Sequence record: ON529852.1
Strand: one strand, 5' to 3'
DNA: 64,000 nucleotides
Shown: positions 26,799-36,106 of the stretch, piece by piece
Numbering within the stretch: the first letter of the stretch is position 1
Layout: the number at the start of each line of letters is the position of its first letter
The notes under the pieces: generated by a model
What the model saw: the letters and a program-made list of their open reading frames with translations, nothing else
What the model was told of the DNA's origin: nothing
Database searches by the model: none
Made by a program: the position numbers and the translations under genes

Positions 26799-27622
26799 CC
26801 CGGCGCGTCGCCGTAATCGCGTTCGATCGGTTCAGCGCCCGCCATAATGAACTCGGTGCGGTTGACGACGCGCTGGAGCGGCGGGACAGACAGACGGGTC
26901 ATGGAGGAGCGAACCACCGACGTGTCCTCAAGACGCGCCGGGCGCATGGCGGCGGGAATGCGGGCGGCCTCGGCCGGCGTCAGGGGCCGCTCGACCGTCT
27001 CCTTGCGCACGAACGTCCCAAGACGGAACGCCTCAGGGTAGTCGGCGAACACCACGCCCTTCTCGGCGATCATGTCGACCATCGCCTGGCGCCCCTTGCC
27101 ATGCATCTGGCTCGGCGAGTATTGCGCCCGGCACGCCATGGAGGCGGCGTTCTTCTGGCAGTCGAGGTTACGCCACAGGAACATGTTGGCGGCTTCCCAC
27201 GGGTGGGGAAGCTGACAGACACGCGCGTCGAACGCCGGCAGGCGATCGTTGAACGGCTCCCAGTAGCGGATGGCGTGCGCCATGCGCGCGGCCGCCATCG
27301 ACGCCAGCACCGAGGTCATCTTGACGATCTTGCCGGAGAAGAAGATGTCGCTCTCGTAGTCGGGCGCCTCCCACACCAGGCTGATCTCGTCGGACTGGAC
27401 GTAGCCGATCTTGGCGTGGGTCTTGTCGACGAGATACTCCGCCACCACGATCATCGCCTCGGTCATGCGCGGGTCAAACGGCCGCTCCATGCCCTTGGTG
27501 AACTTGGAGAAGCCTCGGCCGTCGATGCGGGCGTAGACCGGCAGGGACGGGAAGAAGCGGCGCGCGGTCTCGCGTCGCTCGTAGTCCTTCATGCGGTCGC
27601 CGAGTTCGTCCTTGGTCGTCAT
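26795..27622 (-). CDS. tRNA(His) guanylyltransferase Thg1-like 3'-5' polymerase
   Basis: LGDRMKDYE, YARIDGRGFSKFT...PFD, GYVQSDEISL, FDARV, F.WRN.DC.KN motifs. Confidence 0.92.
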   Translation of the reverse strand: MTTKDELGDRMKDYERRETARRFFPSLPVYARIDGRGFSKFTKGMERPFDPRMTEAMIVVAEYLVDKTHAKIGYVQSDEISLVWEAPDYESDIFFSGKIVKMTSVLASMAAARMAHAIRYWEPFNDRLPAFDARVCQLPHPWEAANMFLWRNLDCQKNAASMACRAQYSPSQMHGKGRQAMVDMIAEKGVVFADYPEAFRLGTFVRKETVERPLTPAEAARIPAAMRPARLEDTSVVRSSMTRLSVPPLQRVVNRTEFIMAGAEPIERDYGDAPG

Positions 27623-28098
27623 GGGAATCGTTTCCTCCGCGCAGCGGCCACAATGGGATCGGGCTTCTTATCGACCACCGCTCGGGGTGATCGCTCGCTG
27701 GCCTTCGGCTGCGCTCGCGCCCGGCTGCCGCCGGCCTGTCCTTCGGACGCCGGGGCGGTCTTCTTGGGCGTCTCGGCTTTCTCGACCTTCTTGGGCGTCT
27801 CGGCCTTCTTGCGCTCCGCCATCTGGGCCATCACGGCCGGATCGGGCGGGGCGATCTCGTATTTGATCGGCGCCAGCTTGTCCCAGCCGAGCGTCTTTTC
27901 GTTCTCCATGGCGGCGCGCCCGGCGTCCTCCAGGGACATCAGCCGACCGGCCTTCTTGGTCCGGCCCGATTCGGTCGGCAGGTGGACCTCGTAGAGGACG
28001 CGCCCGGTCTTGGTCTCGACCTTGCCGGTCTGGACCAGGTGCATGATGACCATGCCGGCCTTGTTGGCGTAGGGACAGCTATGCAGGGGTGCGCTCAT
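27619..28098 (-). CDS. hypothetical protein with Lys/Pro-rich tail
   Basis: KAETPKK duplicated. Confidence 0.7.
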   Translation of the reverse strand: MSAPLHSCPYANKAGMVIMHLVQTGKVETKTGRVLYEVHLPTESGRTKKAGRLMSLEDAGRAAMENEKTLGWDKLAPIKYEIAPPDPAVMAQMAERKKAETPKKVEKAETPKKTAPASEGQAGGSRARAQPKASERSPRAVVDKKPDPIVAAARRKRFP

Positions 28099-28316
28099 GG
28101 CAGTCCCTTCCAGAACGGAACGAAATGGAGGGTGACGGCGCTGACGTCGCCCAACCGCATGTAGAAGGGAAACCCTCTGTGGTCGTCGGCGGTGAGATTG
28201 GTCAGGGCGCCCGTCTCGGTGTTGTAGGTCCGGGTAACGCCGCGCGCGAAGAATCGCAGCACCTTACCGCTCTTGAGGTGCACGCGCACCTCCTGCTTGA
28301 CGAAGGGATTCCGCAT
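28095..28316 (-). CDS. hypothetical protein
   Basis: ORF in coupled chain. Confidence 0.65.
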   Translation of the reverse strand: MRNPFVKQEVRVHLKSGKVLRFFARGVTRTYNTETGALTNLTADDHRGFPFYMRLGDVSAVTLHFVPFWKGLP

Positions 28317-28960
28317 CAGCGGGTGTTCCTCATGATGCGGGTGGCGCGGACCCAGGGGATGTAGTGCTCAATCAGGAACTCGGCGGCCTTGGCCTCGACG
28401 TCGCCGTAGCTTTCAGGCCAGTGGATCGGCCAGATGTCGCCCTTCTGGGTCGTGACGGAGGTCTCGACGAACAGCAAGTTGGTCCACCACGAATGGTTCC
28501 CGTGGAACTCGGCCTTGAAGCCGCCGCGATCGGTCCAGGCGTAGATGGAGCCCTTGCCGATGTCGAGTTCATAGAGGGTGGGGATGTGGTCGGACGGCTT
28601 GAAGTCGGCGGCCTGCAACACCTCGACCACCGTTCCGGCGGCCGGTCGCGGGTCCCGCAGGCGCTCGATCAGCGCGATCAGCATCTCCATGCGCGAGCAG
28701 TAGATGATCTCGCTCTGGGGAGAGATATGCGCCCAGAGTTTGCGGAACGCGGGATCGGCGATGTAGTCGTGCGTGTCGTCCTTGGGCCAGGCCTGATAGG
28801 CCGCCATCTTGTCCGGCGTCATGGGCAGCGTCAGGCTGCCGTGGGCGACGTCGTCGCGGCGGTCCGCCAGCCACCAACGGCAGCCGTCAGGCTGGAACCC
28901 TTCGCGGACGTCCGATGTCGAGCCCTTGATCGGGACGGTGCGAAATTGAATCGGTTCCAT
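28316..28960 (-). CDS. hypothetical protein
   Basis: GGAGGACCCC RBS after promoter repeat. Confidence 0.75.
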   Translation of the reverse strand: MEPIQFRTVPIKGSTSDVREGFQPDGCRWWLADRRDDVAHGSLTLPMTPDKMAAYQAWPKDDTHDYIADPAFRKLWAHISPQSEIIYCSRMEMLIALIERLRDPRPAAGTVVEVLQAADFKPSDHIPTLYELDIGKGSIYAWTDRGGFKAEFHGNHSWWTNLLFVETSVTTQKGDIWPIHWPESYGDVEAKAAEFLIEHYIPWVRATRIMRNTR

Positions 28961-28987
28961 GGGGTCCTCCGTTGCGTCAGAGGCTGC

Positions 28988-29013
28988 GTAAAGGAACGAT
29001 CAGCGAATGTCAA
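28988..29013 (-). promoter_or_regulatory. conserved phage promoter repeat (class I)
   Basis: TTGACA-TTCGCTGATC-GTTCCTTTAC. Confidence 0.8.
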
Positions 29014-29021
29014 CTATCCTG

Positions 29022-29333
29022 TCAGCCGCATCCGCCGCAAATACCTCCGCCGATCGGTCCGCGCCCGAAGCAGGAAGTGCAGACCTCGGGACCAGCGACG
29101 CGCACCAGGCGCGCCGCCTCCTCGAAGGCCTTCGCCAGGCTCTCGCGCCTCTCCTGCGAAGCCGGCAGCCAGAAGGTGACGGCCGATCGATCGTCGTCCA
29201 TGGGCGGATGGTGCAGACGTCCTGACGAATGCAGCATGAACATGACGGCGCTGTAGGTCTCCCCATCCTCGCCGCCCTTGGTCGTCAGGTTCACCTCGTC
29301 GGTGAGTTCCTGGCTATAGACGTTGACCCGCAT
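29022..29333 (-). CDS. hypothetical protein
   Basis: C-terminal CTSC...CGGC. Confidence 0.7.
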   Translation of the reverse strand: MRVNVYSQELTDEVNLTTKGGEDGETYSAVMFMLHSSGRLHHPPMDDDRSAVTFWLPASQERRESLAKAFEEAARLVRVAGPEVCTSCFGRGPIGGGICGGCG

Positions 29334-29590
29334 CAGGAGGCCTTGCCAGCCCGTGCGTCGTGCTTCGCCTTGCGGTCCTCTTCACGCTTCCACACGGCGG
29401 CGGACATACGCAGTAGGCGCGCTTCTTCCAGGAGCGGCTCGGCGGGATGGTGGTCGCCGGTCCACATGCAGTGCTCCAGGCTCTTGGCCTGGGCTTCGGC
29501 GGCCTCGGCCTTCTTGATCAACTGCGCGCTCATCGGCAGGCGGGCGGTGGCGAGCATGTCGGCCAGCCAGTCGGGCGGGGAGGTGTCCAT
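29333..29590 (-). CDS. hypothetical protein
   Basis: ORF in coupled chain. Confidence 0.6.
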   Translation of the reverse strand: MDTSPPDWLADMLATARLPMSAQLIKKAEAAEAQAKSLEHCMWTGDHHPAEPLLEEARLLRMSAAVWKREEDRKAKHDARAGKAS

Positions 29591-29591
29591 C

Positions 29592-29987
29592 TCAGAATTC
29601 CCGAAGGCTGTAATGATACTCCAGGCTCGTCTCTTTGTAGTCCATTGACCCCGCCGAAGCGATGTCGACCAGACGACGCGTATGGGGCCACACGCGGCGC
29701 GACGACAGGTTGAAGCCAGGGTATTCGCCCTTGATCAGCGGATGCAAGTGCGCGGCGACCGCGACGTCATCGGCCGACACATAGCATCCGGCCCAGTTTT
29801 CAATCAGGTGTTTGGTGGCTAACCACTGGCGATTTCTGTTCTCTCGGACCAGTTGCGCATCCAGCCACTGGAAGGCGATCAGCACGGGGTCGACTTGATC
29901 GGCCGGCAGGTTAAGCGCGATACGCGCCGCGATGATCTGCTCGGGGGACGGCGGCGTATGCGGTCGCAGGGTTTCGATGGTCTTCAT
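29592..29987 (-). CDS. hypothetical protein
   Basis: ORF in coupled chain. Confidence 0.7.
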   Translation of the reverse strand: MKTIETLRPHTPPSPEQIIAARIALNLPADQVDPVLIAFQWLDAQLVRENRNRQWLATKHLIENWAGCYVSADDVAVAAHLHPLIKGEYPGFNLSSRRVWPHTRRLVDIASAGSMDYKETSLEYHYSLREF

Positions 29988-29990
29988 GGG

Positions 29991-30197
29991 TCAGTCTTTC
30001 GGAGGAGGTGGATAGTCCGACCCGCGTTCGATCACGGCCGGGTCCGGGTCGCCGGGCTTCCAGTCGGCCGGCACCAGGGTCATAGGTCCTTGCGGATAGG
30101 CCTTGCCGCAGGTCTCCTCCCTCGTCCCGTACCGGGCGATGAAGGCGGCCTGACGGAAAGCTTCCAGGATGCGCTCGGGCGACCCCAGCAGGCTCAC
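29991..30197 (-). CDS. hypothetical protein
   Basis: ORF in coupled chain. Confidence 0.6.
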   Translation of the reverse strand: MSLLGSPERILEAFRQAAFIARYGTREETCGKAYPQGPMTLVPADWKPGDPDPAVIERGSDYPPPPKD

Positions 30198-30538
30198 GAC
30201 AACAGGCTCTCGTCGAAGGCGGGCCAGGTCAGCACCGGCTCGATCACGGCCGCCTTGCCGTTCTTGAAGTAGTGGCGGCTCTCGTAGGTCATGTCGTATT
30301 CGACCGTCGCCTCGATCACGATCAGCACCTTGGGATGCTTGAGCGAGAAGACCTTCATGTCTTCGTCAAACTCCCACTCGCTGCCGGCGCCGATCGGCTT
30401 ACCGTCCTCGTCGATGAAGTGCTTCGCGTCGGGAACCTGCTTGCGCAGGCTGTAGATAAAGTAGTCGAGATCGAAGCCTTCGAGGTCGCTCGGCGACACC
30501 ATCGGTTTCAGGGTATAGCTGGCGGATTCCACGCCCAT
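30194..30538 (-). CDS. hypothetical acidic protein
   Basis: ORF in coupled chain. Confidence 0.7.
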   Translation of the reverse strand: MGVESASYTLKPMVSPSDLEGFDLDYFIYSLRKQVPDAKHFIDEDGKPIGAGSEWEFDEDMKVFSLKHPKVLIVIEATVEYDMTYESRHYFKNGKAAVIEPVLTWPAFDESLLS

Positions 30539-30561
30539 GGGTCAGTCCTTTTCTTGGGGCG

Positions 30562-31716
30562 TCAGCCGCCCGGCTCCAGGCGCACGCCGTCGAGCGCCTT
30601 CAACATGTCTTCACGGGTCGCGGTGTAGTCGCTCAAGGCCCAGGTCATCCGCGCCGCCATCAACCCGGCGCCGATCTCCTTGGGCTTGAACCCCTTCGCG
30701 ACGAAATCATCCCCATTGATGGGCAGCGTCGGGACGGACCAGGAAGAGACTTCGGTGAAGACGTCCGGGACCCCGGTCGCCCGCGCCCAGGCCTCGGCAT
30801 AGGCGAGCGAGGCTTTTTCGCACGCCAGGAGGTATTTCAGGTTCTTTAGGGACGGCGGGCTATACTGGCGGTTCTCCAGGAATTTCGCCAGAGCCGTCTC
30901 GGGATTCGACCAGCGCCAGCGTTTGGCGATCGGCGACCAGTTCTTGGCGAGCGCGCTCATCAGCACCACGGGATCGCGGGTGTGGACGTGCGCGATGTCC
31001 ATGCGTTCGGGCAAGACTTCGCCGGAGACCTCCAGATGATCCAGCAGGCCCAGGCGGCGCATTTCCCGCACCATGCGCGGCCCGCTGTCGTGGGCCACCA
31101 CCTTCTTCATCTCGACCCAGATACGTTCACCGGAAATGGCGCGCAGACCGTGACCGAACAGGGCGCAGGCCGCCGCCGCCGCCGGGTCAAGGGGACCCCG
31201 TCCATAACGACCGTGGAAGCGGAAGAAGCGCAGGATGCGCAGGTGGTCTTCCTCAATCCGCTCGGAGGCGTCGCCGACAAAGCGGACCACGCCGGCGTTC
31301 AGATCGTCCGCGCCCCCGTAGGGGTCGATCAGGACGCCCTGGAAGGTCATCGCCATGGCGTTGATCGTCAGATCGCGTCGCGCCAGGTCTTCATGCAGGT
31401 CGCGGGTGAAGGCGACCGTGGCGTGGCGGCCGTCGTGCTCCGATTCCGTGCGCAGGGTGGTGATCTCGTAGGGCTCGTCGCCGATCACGACCGTCAACGT
31501 GCCGAACTCGATCCCCGTCGGATAACAGATGAGGCCCAGACTTTCGTAGATGGCCTGCTGTTCGTCGGGCGTGGCGTCCGTGCACAGGTCGACATCCTTG
31601 TGCGCCTCGCCCCGCAAGGCGTCGCGCACACAGCCGCCGACGAACCACAGACTGAAGCCGCGCTCCTGGTAGGCGCGTTCGACCGCCGCCAGTTCTGGGG
31701 TGACCGGCATACGCAT
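30562..31716 (-). CDS. cca: class II CCA-adding tRNA nucleotidyltransferase
   Basis: VGGCVRD, DVDLCT, EITTLR, DGRH loop, DLARRDLTINAM, EDHLRILRFFRF; no HD domain. Confidence 0.88.
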   Translation of the reverse strand: MRMPVTPELAAVERAYQERGFSLWFVGGCVRDALRGEAHKDVDLCTDATPDEQQAIYESLGLICYPTGIEFGTLTVVIGDEPYEITTLRTESEHDGRHATVAFTRDLHEDLARRDLTINAMAMTFQGVLIDPYGGADDLNAGVVRFVGDASERIEEDHLRILRFFRFHGRYGRGPLDPAAAAACALFGHGLRAISGERIWVEMKKVVAHDSGPRMVREMRRLGLLDHLEVSGEVLPERMDIAHVHTRDPVVLMSALAKNWSPIAKRWRWSNPETALAKFLENRQYSPPSLKNLKYLLACEKASLAYAEAWARATGVPDVFTEVSSWSVPTLPINGDDFVAKGFKPKEIGAGLMAARMTWALSDYTATREDMLKALDGVRLEPGG

Positions 31717-32247
31717 CTATTCGATCTCCAGGTCGGCTTCGGTCCAGCCGAATTCCCGCAACAGACTGGCGCGAAGCGCGCCGCCAGTGGAGCGGATGCG
31801 CTTCACCTGTTCTTCCCGATAAAGCCTGGCCTTCTCCAGCACCGCCGCCACGTCTGCGGCGCGGCCGCCGGCGGTGTCATAGAGGCGCAAGGCCCGCTGG
31901 AAATCGTTGAGGTGCACGGCGTTCTCGATCACCGTGAGGTCTTCGGGGCGAACGGGATAGCCGTCGATCTCCAGTATGGCGCCTTCGTCTTTGGCGTAGG
32001 CGACGACGCCCTGGAGAGCGCCCGAGCGAGCGTACTTGCCCACCAGGCAGTCCGCATCGGTGTAGTCGTCGACGCTACGCCACCGGCCCGACCAGGTCAG
32101 AGGATCGCCCCGCTCCAACACGCGCCACTCGCGGGTCGAACGGCGCAGCGAGGTCGAATAGGAGCCGTAGCGGGCGGGGATGCGCGGCCCCGGCACGACG
32201 TCGTCGCGTTGGTGTTCGGGCAGCAGAGGCAGATCGGACTGGCTCAC
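31717..32247 (-). CDS. hypothetical protein
   Basis: ORF in coupled chain. Confidence 0.7.
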   Translation of the reverse strand: MSQSDLPLLPEHQRDDVVPGPRIPARYGSYSTSLRRSTREWRVLERGDPLTWSGRWRSVDDYTDADCLVGKYARSGALQGVVAYAKDEGAILEIDGYPVRPEDLTVIENAVHLNDFQRALRLYDTAGGRAADVAAVLEKARLYREEQVKRIRSTGGALRASLLREFGWTEADLEIE

Positions 32248-32843
32248 AGGGTCACCGGGGTCTTGATGATGCGCAGACCGTGCGCGGCGGCGTAGGCGCG
32301 GTAGCGGTCGGTCTTTGTGGTGTATCGCCCGAACGCCCGGTCATAGTTCATCTGCTGGATCACCGCCGCATGACGTCTGATCTGGAACGACCACCGTTTC
32401 GTCAGCGCCAGCTTTTCGTTGAGCGTCAACCGCGACACATCCACGTCCGGTTCGAAGCTGAGCGCGTATTGCGTGGCGTGCACGGCGGCCGTGTAGGGAT
32501 CGGCGCTGAAGCAGACGACGTCGCGTCCCTTCAGGGTCACGTAGATCGTGCGCGCGCCGTCCTGGAAGGTGAAGGTGTAGATCACCCCTGGCGCAGCCGT
32601 GCGCCGGATCAGAGTCAGGCCTTCAGCGGTCTCACCCTTGCGCAGCTTGCTGCTCAGGCGCCGGATCGCCTTCAGACGGTCTTCACCGAACTGACGCGCG
32701 AAACCGTCGGACGGGTCCTTGACCTCGTCTTCACGGATGATGCGTTCGGTGCCGCGCCGGGTGTATTTGTCCAGCACCACGGGCGCCTTCGGCTCGGCGG
32801 GCGGCGTGCGCTTGGTGTTCCATTGTACGGTGGCGACGGTCAC
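32244..32843 (-). CDS. hypothetical protein
   Basis: ORF in coupled chain. Confidence 0.7.
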   Translation of the reverse strand: MTVATVQWNTKRTPPAEPKAPVVLDKYTRRGTERIIREDEVKDPSDGFARQFGEDRLKAIRRLSSKLRKGETAEGLTLIRRTAAPGVIYTFTFQDGARTIYVTLKGRDVVCFSADPYTAAVHATQYALSFEPDVDVSRLTLNEKLALTKRWSFQIRRHAAVIQQMNYDRAFGRYTTKTDRYRAYAAAHGLRIIKTPVTL

Positions 32844-33289
32844 GACGGTTCAGGCCCTTTCGGCAGCATCGAGCCCAGGTCGATCAGGGCGTCTCGGGCT
32901 TCGACCCCTCGCGCCATTTCGGCCGTCAAGGCGGCGACCTCGCCCAACTGATGCTGGAGCGCGTTGATCTGCTCGTCGCGGCGGCTGACCATGTTGAACA
33001 GGTCGATCACCGTGTCGACCAGGTCGGGGTAGGATTCATAGAGCAGGTCGTGTTCGGCGTCGTCCTGCCGGGCGTCGCCGTTCTCGATGACGTCGGCCAG
33101 CAGCAGGACCTTGACCCAGTCGTCGCCCTTCATTTCCTGCACCTGCGTGCGGGCGTTCGGGCTCAGCCAGGGGCCGTCGCGCAGCAGGGCGCCGACCAGC
33201 AGGCTCTGCACCCGGTTGTCGCGCGCACTCGCCGTCCACTCGCGGCCGCCCATGGAGGGCTCGTGGCGCAGGTCGATGGTGTGTTTCAT
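32840..33289 (-). CDS. hypothetical protein with C-terminal coiled coil
   Basis: ORF in coupled chain. Confidence 0.7.
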   Translation of the reverse strand: MKHTIDLRHEPSMGGREWTASARDNRVQSLLVGALLRDGPWLSPNARTQVQEMKGDDWVKVLLLADVIENGDARQDDAEHDLLYESYPDLVDTVIDLFNMVSRRDEQINALQHQLGEVAALTAEMARGVEARDALIDLGSMLPKGPEPS

Positions 33290-33290
33290 A

Positions 33291-33557
33291 TCAGTCTACT
33301 CCGTAGGTGCCGGGTTCATGGATGTGCATCTCGCATCCATGCAGACCCACGATTCGCTGCGCCGCTTCAAGTGGCATGCCGGTGTTTTCCACGCAATATC
33401 CCAGCAGACGCCCCACCAGGTTCTGCAAATCACTGATGTCGGCCGCCATCCGATCGAGCGTGTCGCTCCGGTCGTTCGGGTCCGGCGTCAGCGCGTCGTC
33501 CACCGCCATCACCTGGGGCGCGCGGCCGGACCATTTGCGGGTGACGACGACCTTCAT
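33291..33557 (-). CDS. hypothetical protein
   Basis: Start moved to MKVVVT (ATGA overlap). Confidence 0.65.
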   Translation of the reverse strand: MKVVVTRKWSGRAPQVMAVDDALTPDPNDRSDTLDRMAADISDLQNLVGRLLGYCVENTGMPLEAAQRIVGLHGCEMHIHEPGTYGVD

Positions 33558-33850
33558 CGGGCGGCCCCCTCGGCGCGGCGCAGCAGGGCGATGACCTCGT
33601 CCTGGGTGCGGGCCTCGTCGTTCAGCCAATCCGTCAGCGACCACACCTCCAGAATGTATCCCAGAAACCAGACGGCTTCCTGGTAGAGGCCTGAGATGCT
33701 CTGTTCATCCGTCTGAACAGGGTAGTGTTGCCGCGCCGCGTGATAGACGGCGGCGTGCAGGCTTAACCCCGCGCCATCCGGGGCGAACCGGGGCGGCTTC
33801 CAGACAGACGCCGTGAGCATGTTGGCGGCCAGATCGTACACGCTATGCAC
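33554..33850 (-). CDS. hypothetical protein
   Basis: C-terminal [16 protein letters not shown] resembles the end of 25903-26352. Confidence 0.65.
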   Translation of the reverse strand: MHSVYDLAANMLTASVWKPPRFAPDGAGLSLHAAVYHAARQHYPVQTDEQSISGLYQEAVWFLGYILEVWSLTDWLNDEARTQDEVIALLRRAEGAAR

Positions 33851-34790
33851 AGGACGTTTCCTTCAAGCCCGCCAGCGCCTCCGGCTCCAGGAACATGCCG
33901 CACGACGCCTTCACGTCCAGCCCCACACGGGGCACGATGCGCGATTTCGGCGCGTCGAAGGCCGTCGCCAGCTTGGCGGTCAGGTAGGCCAGGTCGCGCT
34001 CGTCGGGCTCGACCCCCTGGGCGGGACTGTATGGATTGTAGCGCACGCAGTTGAAACGGGTCTTGAGCCCGCGATCCTTCACCGCCTGGATGATCTCGTC
34101 GACGGTGTCTTCGTCGTCGTTCTGGCCCTTGATGAAGGACCAGTGCAGGACGATTTCGCCGGGCTCTCGGCCGTAGTCCGGGGCCGTGCGTTGGAACTCC
34201 GCCAGCATGTCCAGGGCCGTATTCGGGTCCATCGCCTTGGGCAGCCAGCGCTTCCGGAACGCGGGGCGCATCGAATAGAGGCTGTAGTAGATGTTGAGGC
34301 CAGGATGCGACGGCCCCAGCACATCCACCAGCGAGCGCCCCTCCAGGTCGCGGGGCATGATGGTGCTGTAGTTCAACTGCGCGCGCGGCACGCCGGCGAA
34401 CAACGCCTCCTCGCGCAGCGCCTTGAACAGCGCCCGATGCCCGCCGTTGAGGATGTCAGGGTTGGCGAAGGGCTCGCCCCGCGCCATGAAATTGAAGTTG
34501 ACGAATTGGGGCTCGTCGTCGACCGCTCGCTCGACCTTGTAGCGCGCCAACACCTGTCGCGCCTGGTCCAGATAGTCCCCATGGCGCGCGGGCGTCATCA
34601 TGGTCTGACCAGTCTGGGTCAGGTGACACATCCGGCAGGCCCTGTCACAGCCGGAATGGCTGGACAGGTAGACGATGAAGTAGGCGTCGGCGCGGCGCAC
34701 GAAGCGGCACTCGAAGGCGCCCCCGTCCTCGGTTTTGAGGACGTGGTTGACCGAGGCGTCCTGGGTCGAGACGAGAGTCTCGTAGGTCAC
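33843..34790 (-). CDS. RlmN/Cfr-like radical SAM protein (divergent)
   Basis: [14 protein letters not shown] (CxxxCxxC), FMARGEP, YSLYS, GQND, YNP, C-terminal ASCGMF align with RlmN motifs. Confidence 0.85.
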   Translation of the reverse strand: MTYETLVSTQDASVNHVLKTEDGGAFECRFVRRADAYFIVYLSSHSGCDRACRMCHLTQTGQTMMTPARHGDYLDQARQVLARYKVERAVDDEPQFVNFNFMARGEPFANPDILNGGHRALFKALREEALFAGVPRAQLNYSTIMPRDLEGRSLVDVLGPSHPGLNIYYSLYSMRPAFRKRWLPKAMDPNTALDMLAEFQRTAPDYGREPGEIVLHWSFIKGQNDDEDTVDEIIQAVKDRGLKTRFNCVRYNPYSPAQGVEPDERDLAYLTAKLATAFDAPKSRIVPRVGLDVKASCGMFLEPEALAGLKETSCA

Positions 34791-35116
34791 GACTGGCCCA
34801 TCCGATCCACGCCTGTCACGCGATAAGCCTGGGCCACGATCCGCGAGCCCTTCGGCGGGGTCGCGGGGGCTGAGGCCGTCAGGCTGCTGCGGTTCAAGGC
34901 GTCAATGAAGGCCTCGACCTCCTCCGCCGGCATCTCCACCAGGACTTCGCGCATCTCCTGGAAGCGCAGCTTCACGGTCGGGATGTTGCTGTTGGGGCAG
35001 ACCTGTTGCAGGCGCGTATCGCCGGCGGCGTCCGTTCCGCGACAGTGGATGCAGATTTCGTCATACAGGGACGAATCCGAGAAGCGGGTCTCGTGCCCCA
35101 GGCTCTCAAACGACAT
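34787..35116 (-). CDS. hypothetical protein
   Basis: CIHC...C motif. Confidence 0.65.
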   Translation of the reverse strand: MSFESLGHETRFSDSSLYDEICIHCRGTDAAGDTRLQQVCPNSNIPTVKLRFQEMREVLVEMPAEEVEAFIDALNRSSLTASAPATPPKGSRIVAQAYRVTGVDRMGQS

Positions 35117-35324
35117 TACGGGCCTCCGTCAGAGCCGCCCATTCGGCGGACAGCAGCGCGCCCTGGGCGGGCGTCGCCTCGATACAGTCGGCCATCGCGC
35201 CTTCACCCACAATGCAGCCGATTTCGCGGGCGTAGGCGGCGAAAGCGGACATGATCGACTGAGCGGCGATCTCCTGGGCGAGCAGGGCGTTCAGATCGAC
35301 CGTCCGGATGGGACCCGTGGTCAT
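35106..35324 (-). CDS. hypothetical protein
   Basis: ORF in coupled chain. Confidence 0.6.
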   Translation of the reverse strand: MTTGPIRTVDLNALLAQEIAAQSIMSAFAAYAREIGCIVGEGAMADCIEATPAQGALLSAEWAALTEARNVV

Positions 35325-35683
35325 GCGCGTGCGATCCGGTTCAACATCCGCTGCTTGTCCCAGCGCCCGACGTTGTAATAGACGCGGACGGGCGCGCCTT
35401 CATACTGCCAGCGGGGCGGGCGCGAGGAGGTGGTGCGGCGATCGGACTCGCCCAGATAGGCGACCTCGACCGCCCACTCCTCGGCGCACCACTTCGTCTT
35501 GGACTTGCCGTTGGAATCGGTGGTGGTGCCGCAGGTCCGGCGGGGACGGTGGTCGATGTCGGTGATGCGGCCCTGGGCGACCTGGGTCGGCGTGCCCGCG
35601 TAGTTGCCGATCATATAGCTGACGCCGCCCACCAGCAGGAGGACGATGGAGACGCCGATGGCGATGAGACCCTTGTCGGTCAT
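35321..35683 (-). CDS. membrane-anchored protein with exported OB-like domain
   Basis: N-terminal TM helix; Cys pair TCG...WCA. Confidence 0.65.
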   Translation of the reverse strand: MTDKGLIAIGVSIVLLLVGGVSYMIGNYAGTPTQVAQGRITDIDHRPRRTCGTTTDSNGKSKTKWCAEEWAVEVAYLGESDRRTTSSRPPRWQYEGAPVRVYYNVGRWDKQRMLNRIARA

Positions 35684-35684
35684 G

Positions 35685-35888
35685 TCAGGTTTCCTCCGGA
35701 AATTCGTTGTGCAGGCTGAGCGCCAGACGGATCACCGCGTCTTTGGACATGGCGCGCAGTTCGGCGTAGGTCGGCGGCGCCTTGTCCAGCGCCCGACACA
35801 TGGACTGGATGTTTTGCTCGGCCACGCTGCGGTTGCGCTTCTCATAGTAGCGGTAGCTAACCGTGGCGACATAGGTGATGATCGCCAT
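35685..35888 (-). CDS. hypothetical protein
   Basis: Start moved to MAIITY. Confidence 0.6.
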   Translation of the reverse strand: MAIITYVATVSYRYYEKRNRSVAEQNIQSMCRALDKAPPTYAELRAMSKDAVIRLALSLHNEFPEET

Positions 35889-36106
35889 CAGGGCAGCCCC
35901 TGGGCCACGATGACCGCGACGGCGTGGTCGACATCGCCGGTGAAATCCACGCCGCGCTCGATCGCCAGGGCGATCAGTTCGTCGGCCTTCTGATCCACAG
36001 GCCCGCCGGCGGCGGGATAGGTCCCGCCGTTCAGTGCCGTCACCAGGGCGCGGTGGACCTTGTAGGCCCAGCCGCCGTCGTCCGTCTCGTCGAGGGTCAA
36101 GGCCAT
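35888..36106 (-). CDS. hypothetical protein
   Basis: ORF in coupled chain. Confidence 0.6.
   Translation of the reverse strand: MALTLDETDDGGWAYKVHRALVTALNGGTYPAAGGPVDQKADELIALAIERGVDFTGDVDHAVAVIVAQGLP

Noticed and set aside
27740-27812. Short tandem DNA repeat
   Set aside because: It simply encodes KAETPKK twice in a low-complexity tail.
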